A DNA stretch of 64,000 nucleotides, taken from IMG/VR virus record IMGVR_UViG_3300037418_002116. The stretch is one strand, 5' to 3'. The notes beneath the pieces were generated by a model. That model had not been told where the DNA came from. It did not search any database and saw nothing but the letters and a program-made list of their open reading frames with translations. This DNA is from a virus (Duplodnaviria; Caudoviricetes). A program made the position numbers and the translations under genes. Below, in pieces: positions 55,747-64,000 of this stretch. Position 1 is the first letter of the stretch; every line of letters starts with the position of its first letter.

Positions 55747-57837
55747 TTAGGTTCTCGGGAAGGCAGCGGTTGGTACTGTGATAGAGCCGTCTGTGTCATA
55801 GCGACATATACCTTTGGTGATACGAATTTCATCAAGCCAACCATTGTAGATAGCAGAGCTAAGTGAACGACCGATTTCGAGAGGGCCTGTTGAGTTGAAT
55901 ATGGCACTATTCGCAGGCGTCGCACTTGCAACTAATGTGCCATCACGCCATAGTCTAATCTTGCCGCTGGAATTTTTACTGATGGCGATAAAGTGCCAGT
56001 TATCAACGCTGATGGAAGGGGCCGCTCCGGAACCAAGAGATTGGAAATTACTTCCGTCCGATGACCAAGCAAATGACGGCCTTTGAAGGTTGTAATCAAT
56101 ATACCAAGCCCATCCGCCAGTGGTCTGGCCCATTACATATGGAATGGAACTACCAGTGTCATGTGGCATCATCCAAAATTCGATAGTGTATTGATCGGAG
56201 TTTGATGTAGACAATTGCCAATCTGCACTATCTGGAATCGAAATATAGTCACCAGACCCATCAAAAGCAGCGGATGAAACACCGAATTTAAATTGTGTTG
56301 TGTCCAGTTTTGCATTGCCATTAAATGTTAATGGTGTATGGCCAGCCAAACTTTCATCTGTGGTGCTTGTCGCACCATTAGTTCCGTTAAATCCTGCAAG
56401 GAATACCACATTAGAGAAATATGGGTCTGATCCGCTGAGAGCGGCAGATGCTACAGTATCAACAGATTCTGTTATAGATGAAGTACCTTTCAGTGCCAAC
56501 TTAGCGGCTGATAAAATAGTGTCATTAGCTTCTGTAACAAATGTTGATGAATGGTGTTGAGAAGTTGACAATTGATAATGCAAGCCAGCGGTGTTGCCAT
56601 ACTGATATTCTGCCGAAAGAATTAAAACGGTATTGTTCACCACGTATTGCGGGAAATAATACGTGTTTGCAGAATGTGTTGTGTCCAATATCTTTATTGG
56701 AGTCCAACTCGACATAGTGAAAGAAGGAACGTTTGATCTAAACACAATAGTTTTAGACAAATCGGCAAGAGAAAAATTACCAAATTGTTGGAATACTGGA
56801 ATAGTATTCCAAAACCCAATTGTATTCTGCATTTCGGCTTGTTGCGTACCAGCTTGTGTTACCCAAGTGATGGCCGCACAATTACTTGTTGCATTAATCG
56901 CCGTTTCGTTTAGAATGAGTTCATAGGAAATGGTGATCTTTGAAATATCACCTACATTTTCTAGATTTGACAGCAACGAAAGATTGATTTCAGAAAAATC
57001 GGCAGATGCAAGCATATCCACCGCACCGAACAATTTCGTTCCGGCAGGGTGCACTAATTGATTCGCAATGGATTCATATTCTGATATGGCGTGTGAGGAA
57101 CGAATTTGGTATGAGTATTCCTGATAGAAAAAATTGTCTTCAAGATATTTGTTTGACGACAAAAATCCGTCTGTTCCGATCCATCCGCCCGGATATGTGA
57201 CTAAATCAGTAACAAAGCCGAGTTGTTCTCCGGTATTATCGTCTAGAATACCTTCATTGATTTCAAATGTGCCAAATATGTTGTTGATATAAAATTCATT
57301 TGTTTGAACTTCGTTAACAACATATGAAATGAACTTGTCTTTTCTTGCGGTGGCATTGGATGATGCACCACGAATAACAACAACATCTTCAATCTTGCTC
57401 AAAGGAACATTGAGATTCAATTTCAATGAACGCTCGATAACCCACTTACCGTCAGAAGCTCTTAGAATGTCTTTGCCGGGATAATAATATGAAACGTTTT
57501 CGTCGCCGTATAGGATACGAAACAGCATATTGTATGCTTTTTCCGTACCACGGGCACGATAGAAATCAACGATATTCTTCAATAGAAGACGATCATCAAC
57601 CAATGTAACTGGAATAGACTTCATGAATTCATTTCGCATGAATTGGAAGTACTTATCCGGTATTAGATCGGCATCTTTATAGTCAGCAAGTTTCCGAGAA
57701 ACCTGTATTGGATTTTCGAATTGTTGAAGCCATTCATAGTATACTTTAATGAAATTGACCAATTCTTCGCCATCCCGATTCCAGAAATCGGGCACCTGTG
57801 ACTTGACAAAAATGGAGATAGAATTGGACTGTGCCAT
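55747..57837 (-). CDS. gp7: Baseplate wedge initiator-like protein fused to fibre repeats and a LamG/ConA-like domain
   Basis: FYRARGTEKAY..LFRILY, ILRASDGKW, YQEYSYQI, VHPAGTKLFG; C-terminal T.EFW...W.F.A...GWLDEIRITKG. Confidence 0.75.
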   Translation of the reverse strand: MAQSNSISIFVKSQVPDFWNRDGEELVNFIKVYYEWLQQFENPIQVSRKLADYKDADLIPDKYFQFMRNEFMKSIPVTLVDDRLLLKNIVDFYRARGTEKAYNMLFRILYGDENVSYYYPGKDILRASDGKWVIERSLKLNLNVPLSKIEDVVVIRGASSNATARKDKFISYVVNEVQTNEFYINNIFGTFEINEGILDDNTGEQLGFVTDLVTYPGGWIGTDGFLSSNKYLEDNFFYQEYSYQIRSSHAISEYESIANQLVHPAGTKLFGAVDMLASADFSEINLSLLSNLENVGDISKITISYELILNETAINATSNCAAITWVTQAGTQQAEMQNTIGFWNTIPVFQQFGNFSLADLSKTIVFRSNVPSFTMSSWTPIKILDTTHSANTYYFPQYVVNNTVLILSAEYQYGNTAGLHYQLSTSQHHSSTFVTEANDTILSAAKLALKGTSSITESVDTVASAALSGSDPYFSNVVFLAGFNGTNGATSTTDESLAGHTPLTFNGNAKLDTTQFKFGVSSAAFDGSGDYISIPDSADWQLSTSNSDQYTIEFWMMPHDTGSSIPYVMGQTTGGWAWYIDYNLQRPSFAWSSDGSNFQSLGSGAAPSISVDNWHFIAISKNSSGKIRLWRDGTLVASATPANSAIFNSTGPLEIGRSLSSAIYNGWLDEIRITKGICRYDTDGSITVPTAAFPRT

Positions 57838-59711
57838 TAAAGAGTTACCGTATTAGAGATACCGTCCACATCGATTAATGTTTCATTACCAATCACTTGC
57901 ACGATATCAGTAAAGATCAATTTACTCTTTGACGTATCGAACATATTGAATGTAGGATTCGACAAAAGAATGATTTGATTATTTTGTGAGTATATATCTG
58001 TGGCATTCGGTTGTGCAGAAATAACAACTTCGTCATCATAATCTGTGAAAATGAACGACTTCATACTCAAAGTGCCATTCAGGTAATCAACCGTTCCAAC
58101 GTCGTTATCGTAATAGTTCTTTGTAGACCCCACCAGATAGTAGAGGCGCAAGGTGCCGTTCCCGTCGTCATCGAGATACATTGTTTGGTCAGAACCGGCT
58201 ATTTCAAAACCATTCGAAGAGATACACCCTTGATATTCAGTGAAAGGGCAGTATAGTTGATTTTGGAAATCCACGTTGTAGTTAAACTTAGAGTTTAGGA
58301 CCGGCGCAAAACGTTTCTCAATCGTGATGGAGACTTGGTTTGATTCAATTGCATTATCAGAATTATCGACCATGGTTGAGAATTTAGATTGGCGGAATCT
58401 ATTGCCAAATACACCAAGCTCCGTCGTTTCGAAATTTTGAACGTTTGTGGCGATCTTTGAAAAAAGTTCGTCAACTGAAAGAAGCGACTGACTTGAATTG
58501 TAATTTACTTGAACCACTGGCTTGACAAACAAGAATACAGGATCGATAATCGCCGGATCAATTGACATAGGATTGAACTTCTTAATGTCGTTGATGATTT
58601 CCGATTTGCGGTTCTCTGTAATAACAAAGCCAGTGACCGGCTTAACTGCAATGATCGATTTACCATAGAGTGGAGGATTATGGGTTTCGCCGCCCCATAC
58701 GTTCACTGCTTCAATATCCGAGTAATTTGAGAGAATGAAGTTTTTGTAGTCAGCCGCCGTGATCAAACGATTTTGAATCTCGAAATTGCGAGGCGCATTG
58801 AACTTGATTGAATCGATAGTTTCTTCATCCTGTCCCTCACGGGCACGAAGTGTGACACTCACGATATTGCAGATGTACTTTACCGTTGGGCTATCTTTAT
58901 TATAGCCTGTGTAACCGATTTTCGAGAAAGAATATGCATTATTTGGCGCTTCACCGTTGCAAGCACGGAATGTGATTGTCACGATGTTGTTTAAGTCGAG
59001 TGCCTTACCAAGAATGCCATCACCAAAATAGATTTCATAGAAGCCATTGGAATTTTTCTGTAGATAGTACACAGTAGAAGTCGCTGAAACCTCTGTAGCG
59101 TCCTTTACGAGCGTGTATGTGGTCTTTGTCGTGGAGGTAGACGATGCTTGTACTTCGACGGTCATTGTTGAAGTATCGACACCAGCCACCGGAATTTCAT
59201 AGAGTTTGCGAGTAGCGTTCACTGTATATTTGTTAGAAAGCACGACGCCTTCATAGATATCAATATTTTTTTGATATACACCACCGGCTGACTGAACAAC
59301 ATAGTCGGCAAGTGTTGAAAAGTAATAAACTACGCCATCAATAGTTGTCGAAAATTTGGTGTACGCTGGAATAACAATTTCCGATGGAGAATCATTCGGT
59401 GTGAACGAAATGGACAACTGCGCCCGAGCCGAACGGGCCGAACGTGGCGTATAATTTAGCATTTTTGAAATAGAATAAACGCTTTCCTTCATGATTGCCG
59501 AATCGAGGAAAGTTTCGTTTGCCACCATATTCAGATAGAACGAATTATAATATGTGTTGTATGCAAGCACGTCCAACAATGTAGACATGGTTGAACCTTC
59601 GAAGTCAAAATCGGTAAATTCTGGCTTTGCTCTCAAAAAGTTTTTGAGATTATTTTTGATTTCGAAGAAACCAAGTTCTGAAACTTGCAAATTTGTGTTA
59701 GCTAATGCCAT
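57837..59711 (-). CDS. gp6: Baseplate wedge subunit
   Basis: DFDFEGS..STLLDVLAYNTYYN, EIYFGDGILG, QNRLITAADY, VWGGE. Confidence 0.96.
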   Translation of the reverse strand: MALANTNLQVSELGFFEIKNNLKNFLRAKPEFTDFDFEGSTMSTLLDVLAYNTYYNSFYLNMVANETFLDSAIMKESVYSISKMLNYTPRSARSARAQLSISFTPNDSPSEIVIPAYTKFSTTIDGVVYYFSTLADYVVQSAGGVYQKNIDIYEGVVLSNKYTVNATRKLYEIPVAGVDTSTMTVEVQASSTSTTKTTYTLVKDATEVSATSTVYYLQKNSNGFYEIYFGDGILGKALDLNNIVTITFRACNGEAPNNAYSFSKIGYTGYNKDSPTVKYICNIVSVTLRAREGQDEETIDSIKFNAPRNFEIQNRLITAADYKNFILSNYSDIEAVNVWGGETHNPPLYGKSIIAVKPVTGFVITENRKSEIINDIKKFNPMSIDPAIIDPVFLFVKPVVQVNYNSSQSLLSVDELFSKIATNVQNFETTELGVFGNRFRQSKFSTMVDNSDNAIESNQVSITIEKRFAPVLNSKFNYNVDFQNQLYCPFTEYQGCISSNGFEIAGSDQTMYLDDDGNGTLRLYYLVGSTKNYYDNDVGTVDYLNGTLSMKSFIFTDYDDEVVISAQPNATDIYSQNNQIILLSNPTFNMFDTSKSKLIFTDIVQVIGNETLIDVDGISNTVTL

Positions 59712-59716
59712 TTAGA

Positions 59717-60118
59717 TTAACGTGTTCTCTCTAGAAATAGTGAAATTTCGACCGGATGTTGAAAACTCAATGGTTTGATGACTACGGTTATTTCGAATGA
59801 ATTGGCGTCAAGATTGTCTGTCAATGTGATAGAAAGCAATTCAGCACGTTCCGCATAATTTGCGATAACATCAGAAATCGCCGTCTTGACTGTTTGTACC
59901 GTCACGGGGTCGAAACTTTCGAAAAGGGACTCGTTCAAACCACCGAATACCTTTGGACGGAACAAGGTTTCGTAGTGATTGGTGAAAATAAGATTTTTGA
60001 CTTGCTGCTTGACCGCATTTTCATTCTTGACAATATTCACCGCTCCGGTTTCCGGATGGGGAATAAATTTCAAAGATAAATCACGATAGATATCTTTTTT
60101 CGTAAGTTTCGTAACCAT
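59717..60118 (-). CDS. gp25: Baseplate wedge subunit
   Basis: YRDLSLKF.PHP, AVKQQVKNLIFTN..E; start at ATG 60118 (TAATG overlap). Confidence 0.92.
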   Translation of the reverse strand: MVTKLTKKDIYRDLSLKFIPHPETGAVNIVKNENAVKQQVKNLIFTNHYETLFRPKVFGGLNESLFESFDPVTVQTVKTAISDVIANYAERAELLSITLTDNLDANSFEITVVIKPLSFQHPVEISLFLERTR

Positions 60119-60399
60119 TATGCCCCTATAGTAATTTGTGTTTGCGATGAAACCACCGTCGATGCACCGCAATATCGAGAGTCGCCATGTCTATGAATTG
60201 CTTTCCCGGCAACTGTCCATTTTCCGGAGCCTGTAGAAGAATTGGTAGCACCGGATGGATGAGGGGCTAAATCGCCTCCCGCCACGGTATCAACCGTTGT
60301 CACCAGCTTACCGCCGACTGTCCATGTTGTCTGTGGAGGAGTCTGCAATGCGCCCGCACCATGCGAATTTAGATCGCCAACCAAAGCTAAAAGTGGTAT
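60118..60399 (-). CDS. gp5.4: PAAR-like spike tip protein (ATA start inferred)
   Basis: (M)PLLALVGDLNSHG...HRHGDSRYCG; GGAG SD 7 nt before ATA; TATAAATA at 60425-60432. Confidence 0.85.
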   Translation of the reverse strand: MPLLALVGDLNSHGAGALQTPPQTTWTVGGKLVTTVDTVAGGDLAPHPSGATNSSTGSGKWTVAGKAIHRHGDSRYCGASTVVSSQTQITIGA

Positions 60400-60438
60400 T
60401 TTCTCTCTCCATTCTTGATATTGATATTTATAAGGAGT

Positions 60439-61035
60439 TTAAAGAAACCCTCGTATAGCCGATAGACCTTGTGTGGTGATGCCACTTACAAGGTCTGACG
60501 TGAATACTTGTGGATTCGGCAACATTGAAGGCGCAATCCCGAGCTTGTTCGGGTTGATATCGACGTGCAGCCATGAATTTTGCGCTCCATTCACCAGATT
60601 GAGCGAGTCTGCCACTCGGGTAAATGGCTGGATTTCCTTGACAATATTGTACATGTTGTCTTCGAAATTGCGAATCTGGATATCGAAGCCAAGGCCGATC
60701 AAGTGAGAGATTTCATTTGGTAGGCCGTTTTGTGGAATGTTGTTCATGAACGCTGCTTTGATGATCAAATCCGGGCCAAAATTTCCTAGCAGACCTTCCA
60801 ACATTCCTCTTGCGCCGGACTGTAGATTTGATACTATCTTCCATAGAGGCATATTGTTTCCGCCCGTGAGGTTGAGCGGCAAACGAGAATCCGGAATAAG
60901 TGTGGCAGAGAATTTAGGCATCCAAGTTGCTGTAACTGGATTGTATGCACCAGAAGTAAGGTGAGATAGGTTGAAATTTCTGGATAATTGAATTCCAACG
61001 TCTATGATTGTATTTTCGGTTATATCAAACGGCAT
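60439..61035 (-). CDS. Peptidase M15-like protein, possibly degenerate
   Basis: QLSRNFNL, SHLIGLGFDI, WLHVD; TATAAATA at 61060-61067. Confidence 0.6.
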   Translation of the reverse strand: MPFDITENTIIDVGIQLSRNFNLSHLTSGAYNPVTATWMPKFSATLIPDSRLPLNLTGGNNMPLWKIVSNLQSGARGMLEGLLGNFGPDLIIKAAFMNNIPQNGLPNEISHLIGLGFDIQIRNFEDNMYNIVKEIQPFTRVADSLNLVNGAQNSWLHVDINPNKLGIAPSMLPNPQVFTSDLVSGITTQGLSAIRGFL

Positions 61036-61145
61036 GGGTTAATTCCTGTGGGCTGAAAATATTTATATTGTCCCTCTTGACTTTCGCTCAAATAATGTGT
61101 ATATGAGCGGTGAGATTGGTACTAACCAACAGAGGGTGAACTAAA

Positions 61146-61532
61146 GTGAAGAAGTTTCTTGTAGCCGCTGCGATGCTGCTTTCGAGTGCAGTCGCCGCCA
61201 ATGCCGTAACGCCGGTCGAAGATTTCTATGTAAAAGACTACATCCACGCCGTGGCGGCTGAAAATCTGAACGATTTTTGCTATTTCGAACAGCGTCCGTT
61301 GCGTTTGGCAAAGGATGCTATCGAGCTTGGCGAACAGATTCTTGTCAAATATCCGAATATGAAGGCGAGAATTCAGAAAAAGATCGATCAGCGCATTCAG
61401 GACATGATGTCGGCTGTTCACGTTGACAAAAGAGGGGACTACTGTGCCGCTCACAAGAAAGAATTCTACAAACATCTCAATGAATTAAAGTCGTCTTCGG
61501 ATGAAGACGTTGGCGAGGCTGTGGACAACTAA
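61146..61532 (+). CDS. Secreted or periplasmic hypothetical protein
   Basis: Signal peptide MKKFLVAAAMLLSSAVAANA; promoter TTGACT-17-TATATG at 61077-61105. Confidence 0.7.
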   Translation: MKKFLVAAAMLLSSAVAANAVTPVEDFYVKDYIHAVAAENLNDFCYFEQRPLRLAKDAIELGEQILVKYPNMKARIQKKIDQRIQDMMSAVHVDKRGDYCAAHKKEFYKHLNELKSSSDEDVGEAVDN

Positions 61533-62188
61533 GAACTATACTTGTCCTTGCCCAAATCCTGTAGAAACTGCATCTTACCGGCGAAGCCACAACGCTTGTA
61601 GAAGTAGTCATATACTTCACGGTTGGTTCTCTTTTGGGTCTTTGTTCCTCTTTTTTTATTGAGGACTAAATCATCCTTTTGGGTTCCAACCGATTGAGCT
61701 TCATCCTCTGGTGAATTGATACTTTTGTCAAGGATTTCTTTCACCTTCGAAGCTCCATTCAAAGTGTAGGCCATAAACATTTCGGCTTTCATCGGATCAC
61801 GGCCAAGCGATTGGCGAAGTTGTGGAACATATCCAAGCATTTGGTTGGCGATGCCTTGTGCATCCGAGGCGTCAGAACGGGAAGTCATATCCTGTTTCCA
61901 ATCACATGCGAACATAAGAATGTCGTAAGGAACCTTGGTTTTTTTCGCTGCATCCGAGATATCCTCGAAAACTTTTAATGGAATTTCTCCGGAAAGCAAA
62001 GTTTCCTTGGTATTCGACAAGTCCCGAGCGGTATTGATGCACTGAATCATACCATTGGATGTGAAGTATGGATGTTCGTGCCCGACGACGTTCGTTTTCA
62101 ACGAAGCGTCCACCGTTTCATCATGAGCTTCTTCCCCGTCACCAAGTTTGAATTGTGGGTAATTTGGGTCGTTATAATCTAGACTCAT
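61529..62188 (-). CDS. Baseplate-region hypothetical protein
   Basis: 219 aa coupled to gp5; no confident family. Confidence 0.6.
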   Translation of the reverse strand: MSLDYNDPNYPQFKLGDGEEAHDETVDASLKTNVVGHEHPYFTSNGMIQCINTARDLSNTKETLLSGEIPLKVFEDISDAAKKTKVPYDILMFACDWKQDMTSRSDASDAQGIANQMLGYVPQLRQSLGRDPMKAEMFMAYTLNGASKVKEILDKSINSPEDEAQSVGTQKDDLVLNKKRGTKTQKRTNREVYDYFYKRCGFAGKMQFLQDLGKDKYSS

Positions 62189-64000
62189 ACAGATGTTCTC
62201 TTTGTAGGATCATTCGGTCCATAATTTGTCATAGCGTCATCGGCAGTTGCCACAATATCAGGATTTTTTCTCTGATAAGGCGATTTAAGAACAGTAGATC
62301 GCTTCTGTGGAGCGCCAAGATCGGTTGATTTGCCGGTCATTTCCGGAACTTCCTTGGCTTCACCTTCAAGCCACTTCATGGAACCGGCATCGGCATGGAA
62401 ACCGCCGCTTGAAAATACAGTCGTATCTCCACCAGTTGATGTGTTCATGTTGCCACCAGCCCGCAACTTGATATCTCCACCAGCTTCCATTGTGATGTTT
62501 GAGTGAGCGACAAAATCGATGTTATCGGCTTCAATAATCAAACGGGTGCATTTGATTTGTAGCGTTTCACCAACCAAAACGTCTTTCTTACCCGACGTGT
62601 GTTCGACGGCATCGTTGCGCACCAACATGGTAACGGTTCCATCAGCGTGCATAGTGATGTCAGAAGTCGAACGCATGTCGATATCATCTTTTACCGATAC
62701 TTTGTAAGCACCCATGGCGAGATGGTAAGCATCACCGGACGTGACGTTGTACATATTGCCTTGGCTTTTCAGAAGGGTTGTTCCTTCCGCTCCCATGGCC
62801 AGACGAGAACCTGAACGATGCTGTAGATTGACACGTTCCACACCGGGAGTGTCATCCATTTCCCACATATGTCCAGTCAAAGAGGCATAGACGAAGTTGT
62901 AAGGATACTGTGGAGCTTCCGACATTTGCGGTTCACCAACTGTTCCTTTGTCGCCCGCTGTAGGGAATGTTGTCAGACGAGCATCATTATTCTTCATGAT
63001 TTCTGGTTGAAACATATTTCCGTTGAAACCAACGGCTGTATGATGAGTCGACGGCTTGCCTTGATATCCACCATACGGCAAAGAGCCAGAGGGATCACGG
63101 AAACCAGACTGAACAGCACCGTCACCAGCGCTTGCGCCACCAAGATATTGTGATCCGAGCGCACCACGTCTAGCGGTTTCGGCATCGGAATAATATCCAC
63201 CGGGACCGGGATTAACATATCGTTCATAACTGGCCATGGCTTGGTTGGCCGAATCGAGCGATGTAGCATTTCTAAGTCTGTTACCGGCACCGCTTTCCGA
63301 ACCATTCAATTCAGAAAGGAAGAAATCAATTTGGCCCGATGCAGAACCGCCAGCGCCAGAAGCCAGCATGGCGGCTTTACGATTGTCGGTCCATTGGAAC
63401 AAACCGGTAGCACCGATAGAGTTGGTAACGGTCGGACTGAATGCCGACTCGGATTGCATATGGGCCGTCGCTGCCGCAATGGCGTATTCATTATAGCCTT
63501 GTGCCCGCATCTTTTGTGCGAGCAAATTTTGCACTTCGCCTTTGGTACTTGGTTCGTTTGTTGTCGAACCCGTCGTTGTTGGGTCGGTATTCGAAGTCGA
63601 GTTGTTGGCGGTCGTTGCATTGGTTGTGCGAACGTCTTTTAGGCCCGGCTTGCCCGGATACCAACCCGCTTGTTTGATTGCGTCAATGAACCATGCCTGT
63701 GAAGCGCCGCCCCATGTGCGGCCCGAGCCTGTGTCAATGTGGATGAAGGTAGGGTACAGACCAAATCCGACGAAACCACACTGTACGGCGGTCTGTGCGA
63801 ACTTGGCGAGGTTTCCATGCGAATTGCCACCTATCGATGAATAGGGAATGTCAAAGGCACGGCCATGAAGATGCTGCGAATGCTTTGCGGCACCAGCCAA
63901 AGTGGCATTGTAAGCGGGTGTTCTATAAGCAGAATTGATTTTTGGAGGCGTTCCCCAACGTCTCGCCAATTCTTCAAGGGCCAAAGCCGATGCATAATGA
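62185..64000 (-). CDS. gp5: Baseplate hub / spike protein (5' end beyond the window) with M15 peptidase and tail-lysozyme domains
   Basis: SAYR..YN...SQHLHGRAFD...FIHIDTG; ESAFSP...GLFQW; YPYN...SLTGHMWEMDDTPG.ER.NLQHRSG and beta-helix repeats; frame open to the window edge. Confidence 0.9.
   Translation of the reverse strand, partial: HYASALALEELARRWGTPPKINSAYRTPAYNATLAGAAKHSQHLHGRAFDIPYSSIGGNSHGNLAKFAQTAVQCGFVGFGLYPTFIHIDTGSGRTWGGASQAWFIDAIKQAGWYPGKPGLKDVRTTNATTANNSTSNTDPTTTGSTTNEPSTKGEVQNLLAQKMRAQGYNEYAIAAATAHMQSESAFSPTVTNSIGATGLFQWTDNRKAAMLASGAGGSASGQIDFFLSELNGSESGAGNRLRNATSLDSANQAMASYERYVNPGPGGYYSDAETARRGALGSQYLGGASAGDGAVQSGFRDPSGSLPYGGYQGKPSTHHTAVGFNGNMFQPEIMKNNDARLTTFPTAGDKGTVGEPQMSEAPQYPYNFVYASLTGHMWEMDDTPGVERVNLQHRSGSRLAMGAEGTTLLKSQGNMYNVTSGDAYHLAMGAYKVSVKDDIDMRSTSDITMHADGTVTMLVRNDAVEHTSGKKDVLVGETLQIKCTRLIIEADNIDFVAHSNITMEAGGDIKLRAGGNMNTSTGGDTTVFSSGGFHADAGSMKWLEGEAKEVPEMTGKSTDLGAPQKRSTVLKSPYQRKNPDIVATADDAMTNYGPNDPTKRTSV

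Noticed and set aside
184-63844. Many 60-200 aa ORFs on the strand opposite conserved genes (for example inside gp46, gp23, gp18, gp5 and the fibre genes)
   Set aside because: They are antisense or out-of-frame shadows of well-supported genes, with no SD, promoter or motif support.
1-64000. Stop-codon reassignment or self-splicing introns in core genes
   Set aside because: Core genes translate to full expected length in the standard code with no interruptions, and no suppressor tRNA was found.

Overview
This 64 kb window comes from a T4-like myovirus genome. The host is probably an alphaproteobacterium (Rhizobiaceae-like), inferred from TTGAC-N17-TATAT early promoters, an alpha-type two-piece tmRNA and a BrnA-like antitoxin. 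The minus strand carries recombination and late-transcription genes (gp46, gp47, gp55, UvsW, UvsY, gp3) and most of the virion module: gp5 (partial), PAAR, gp25, gp6, gp7-like, gp8, a DUF4815/VrlC-like protein, fibres, gp13-16 and gp18-23, with NTAAATA late promoters. No gp17 is visible. Plus-strand accessory blocks hold three tRNAs, the tmRNA, gp33, gp59, gp32 and many small ORFs. The most unusual signals are non-coding or translational. (1) A stand-alone, circularly permuted tRNA-shaped RNA with an anti-Shine-Dalgarno-like tail lies upstream of a Thg1-like/peptide deformylase operon. (2) A roughly 96-nt CCA-ended RNA with a canonical T-loop sits in the tRNA cluster. (3) The tmRNA has a 75-nt three-way-junction intervening segment. 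(4) Several conserved genes appear to start at AUU/AUA, and the phage encodes a CAU tRNA with an initiator-type C1xA72 end on a non-initiator anticodon stem. (5) A 21-aa repeat fibre module is flanked by sulfotransferase, 2OG-oxygenase, methyltransferase and glycosyltransferase-like genes. All product calls come from motifs recognised by eye; no database searches were run.
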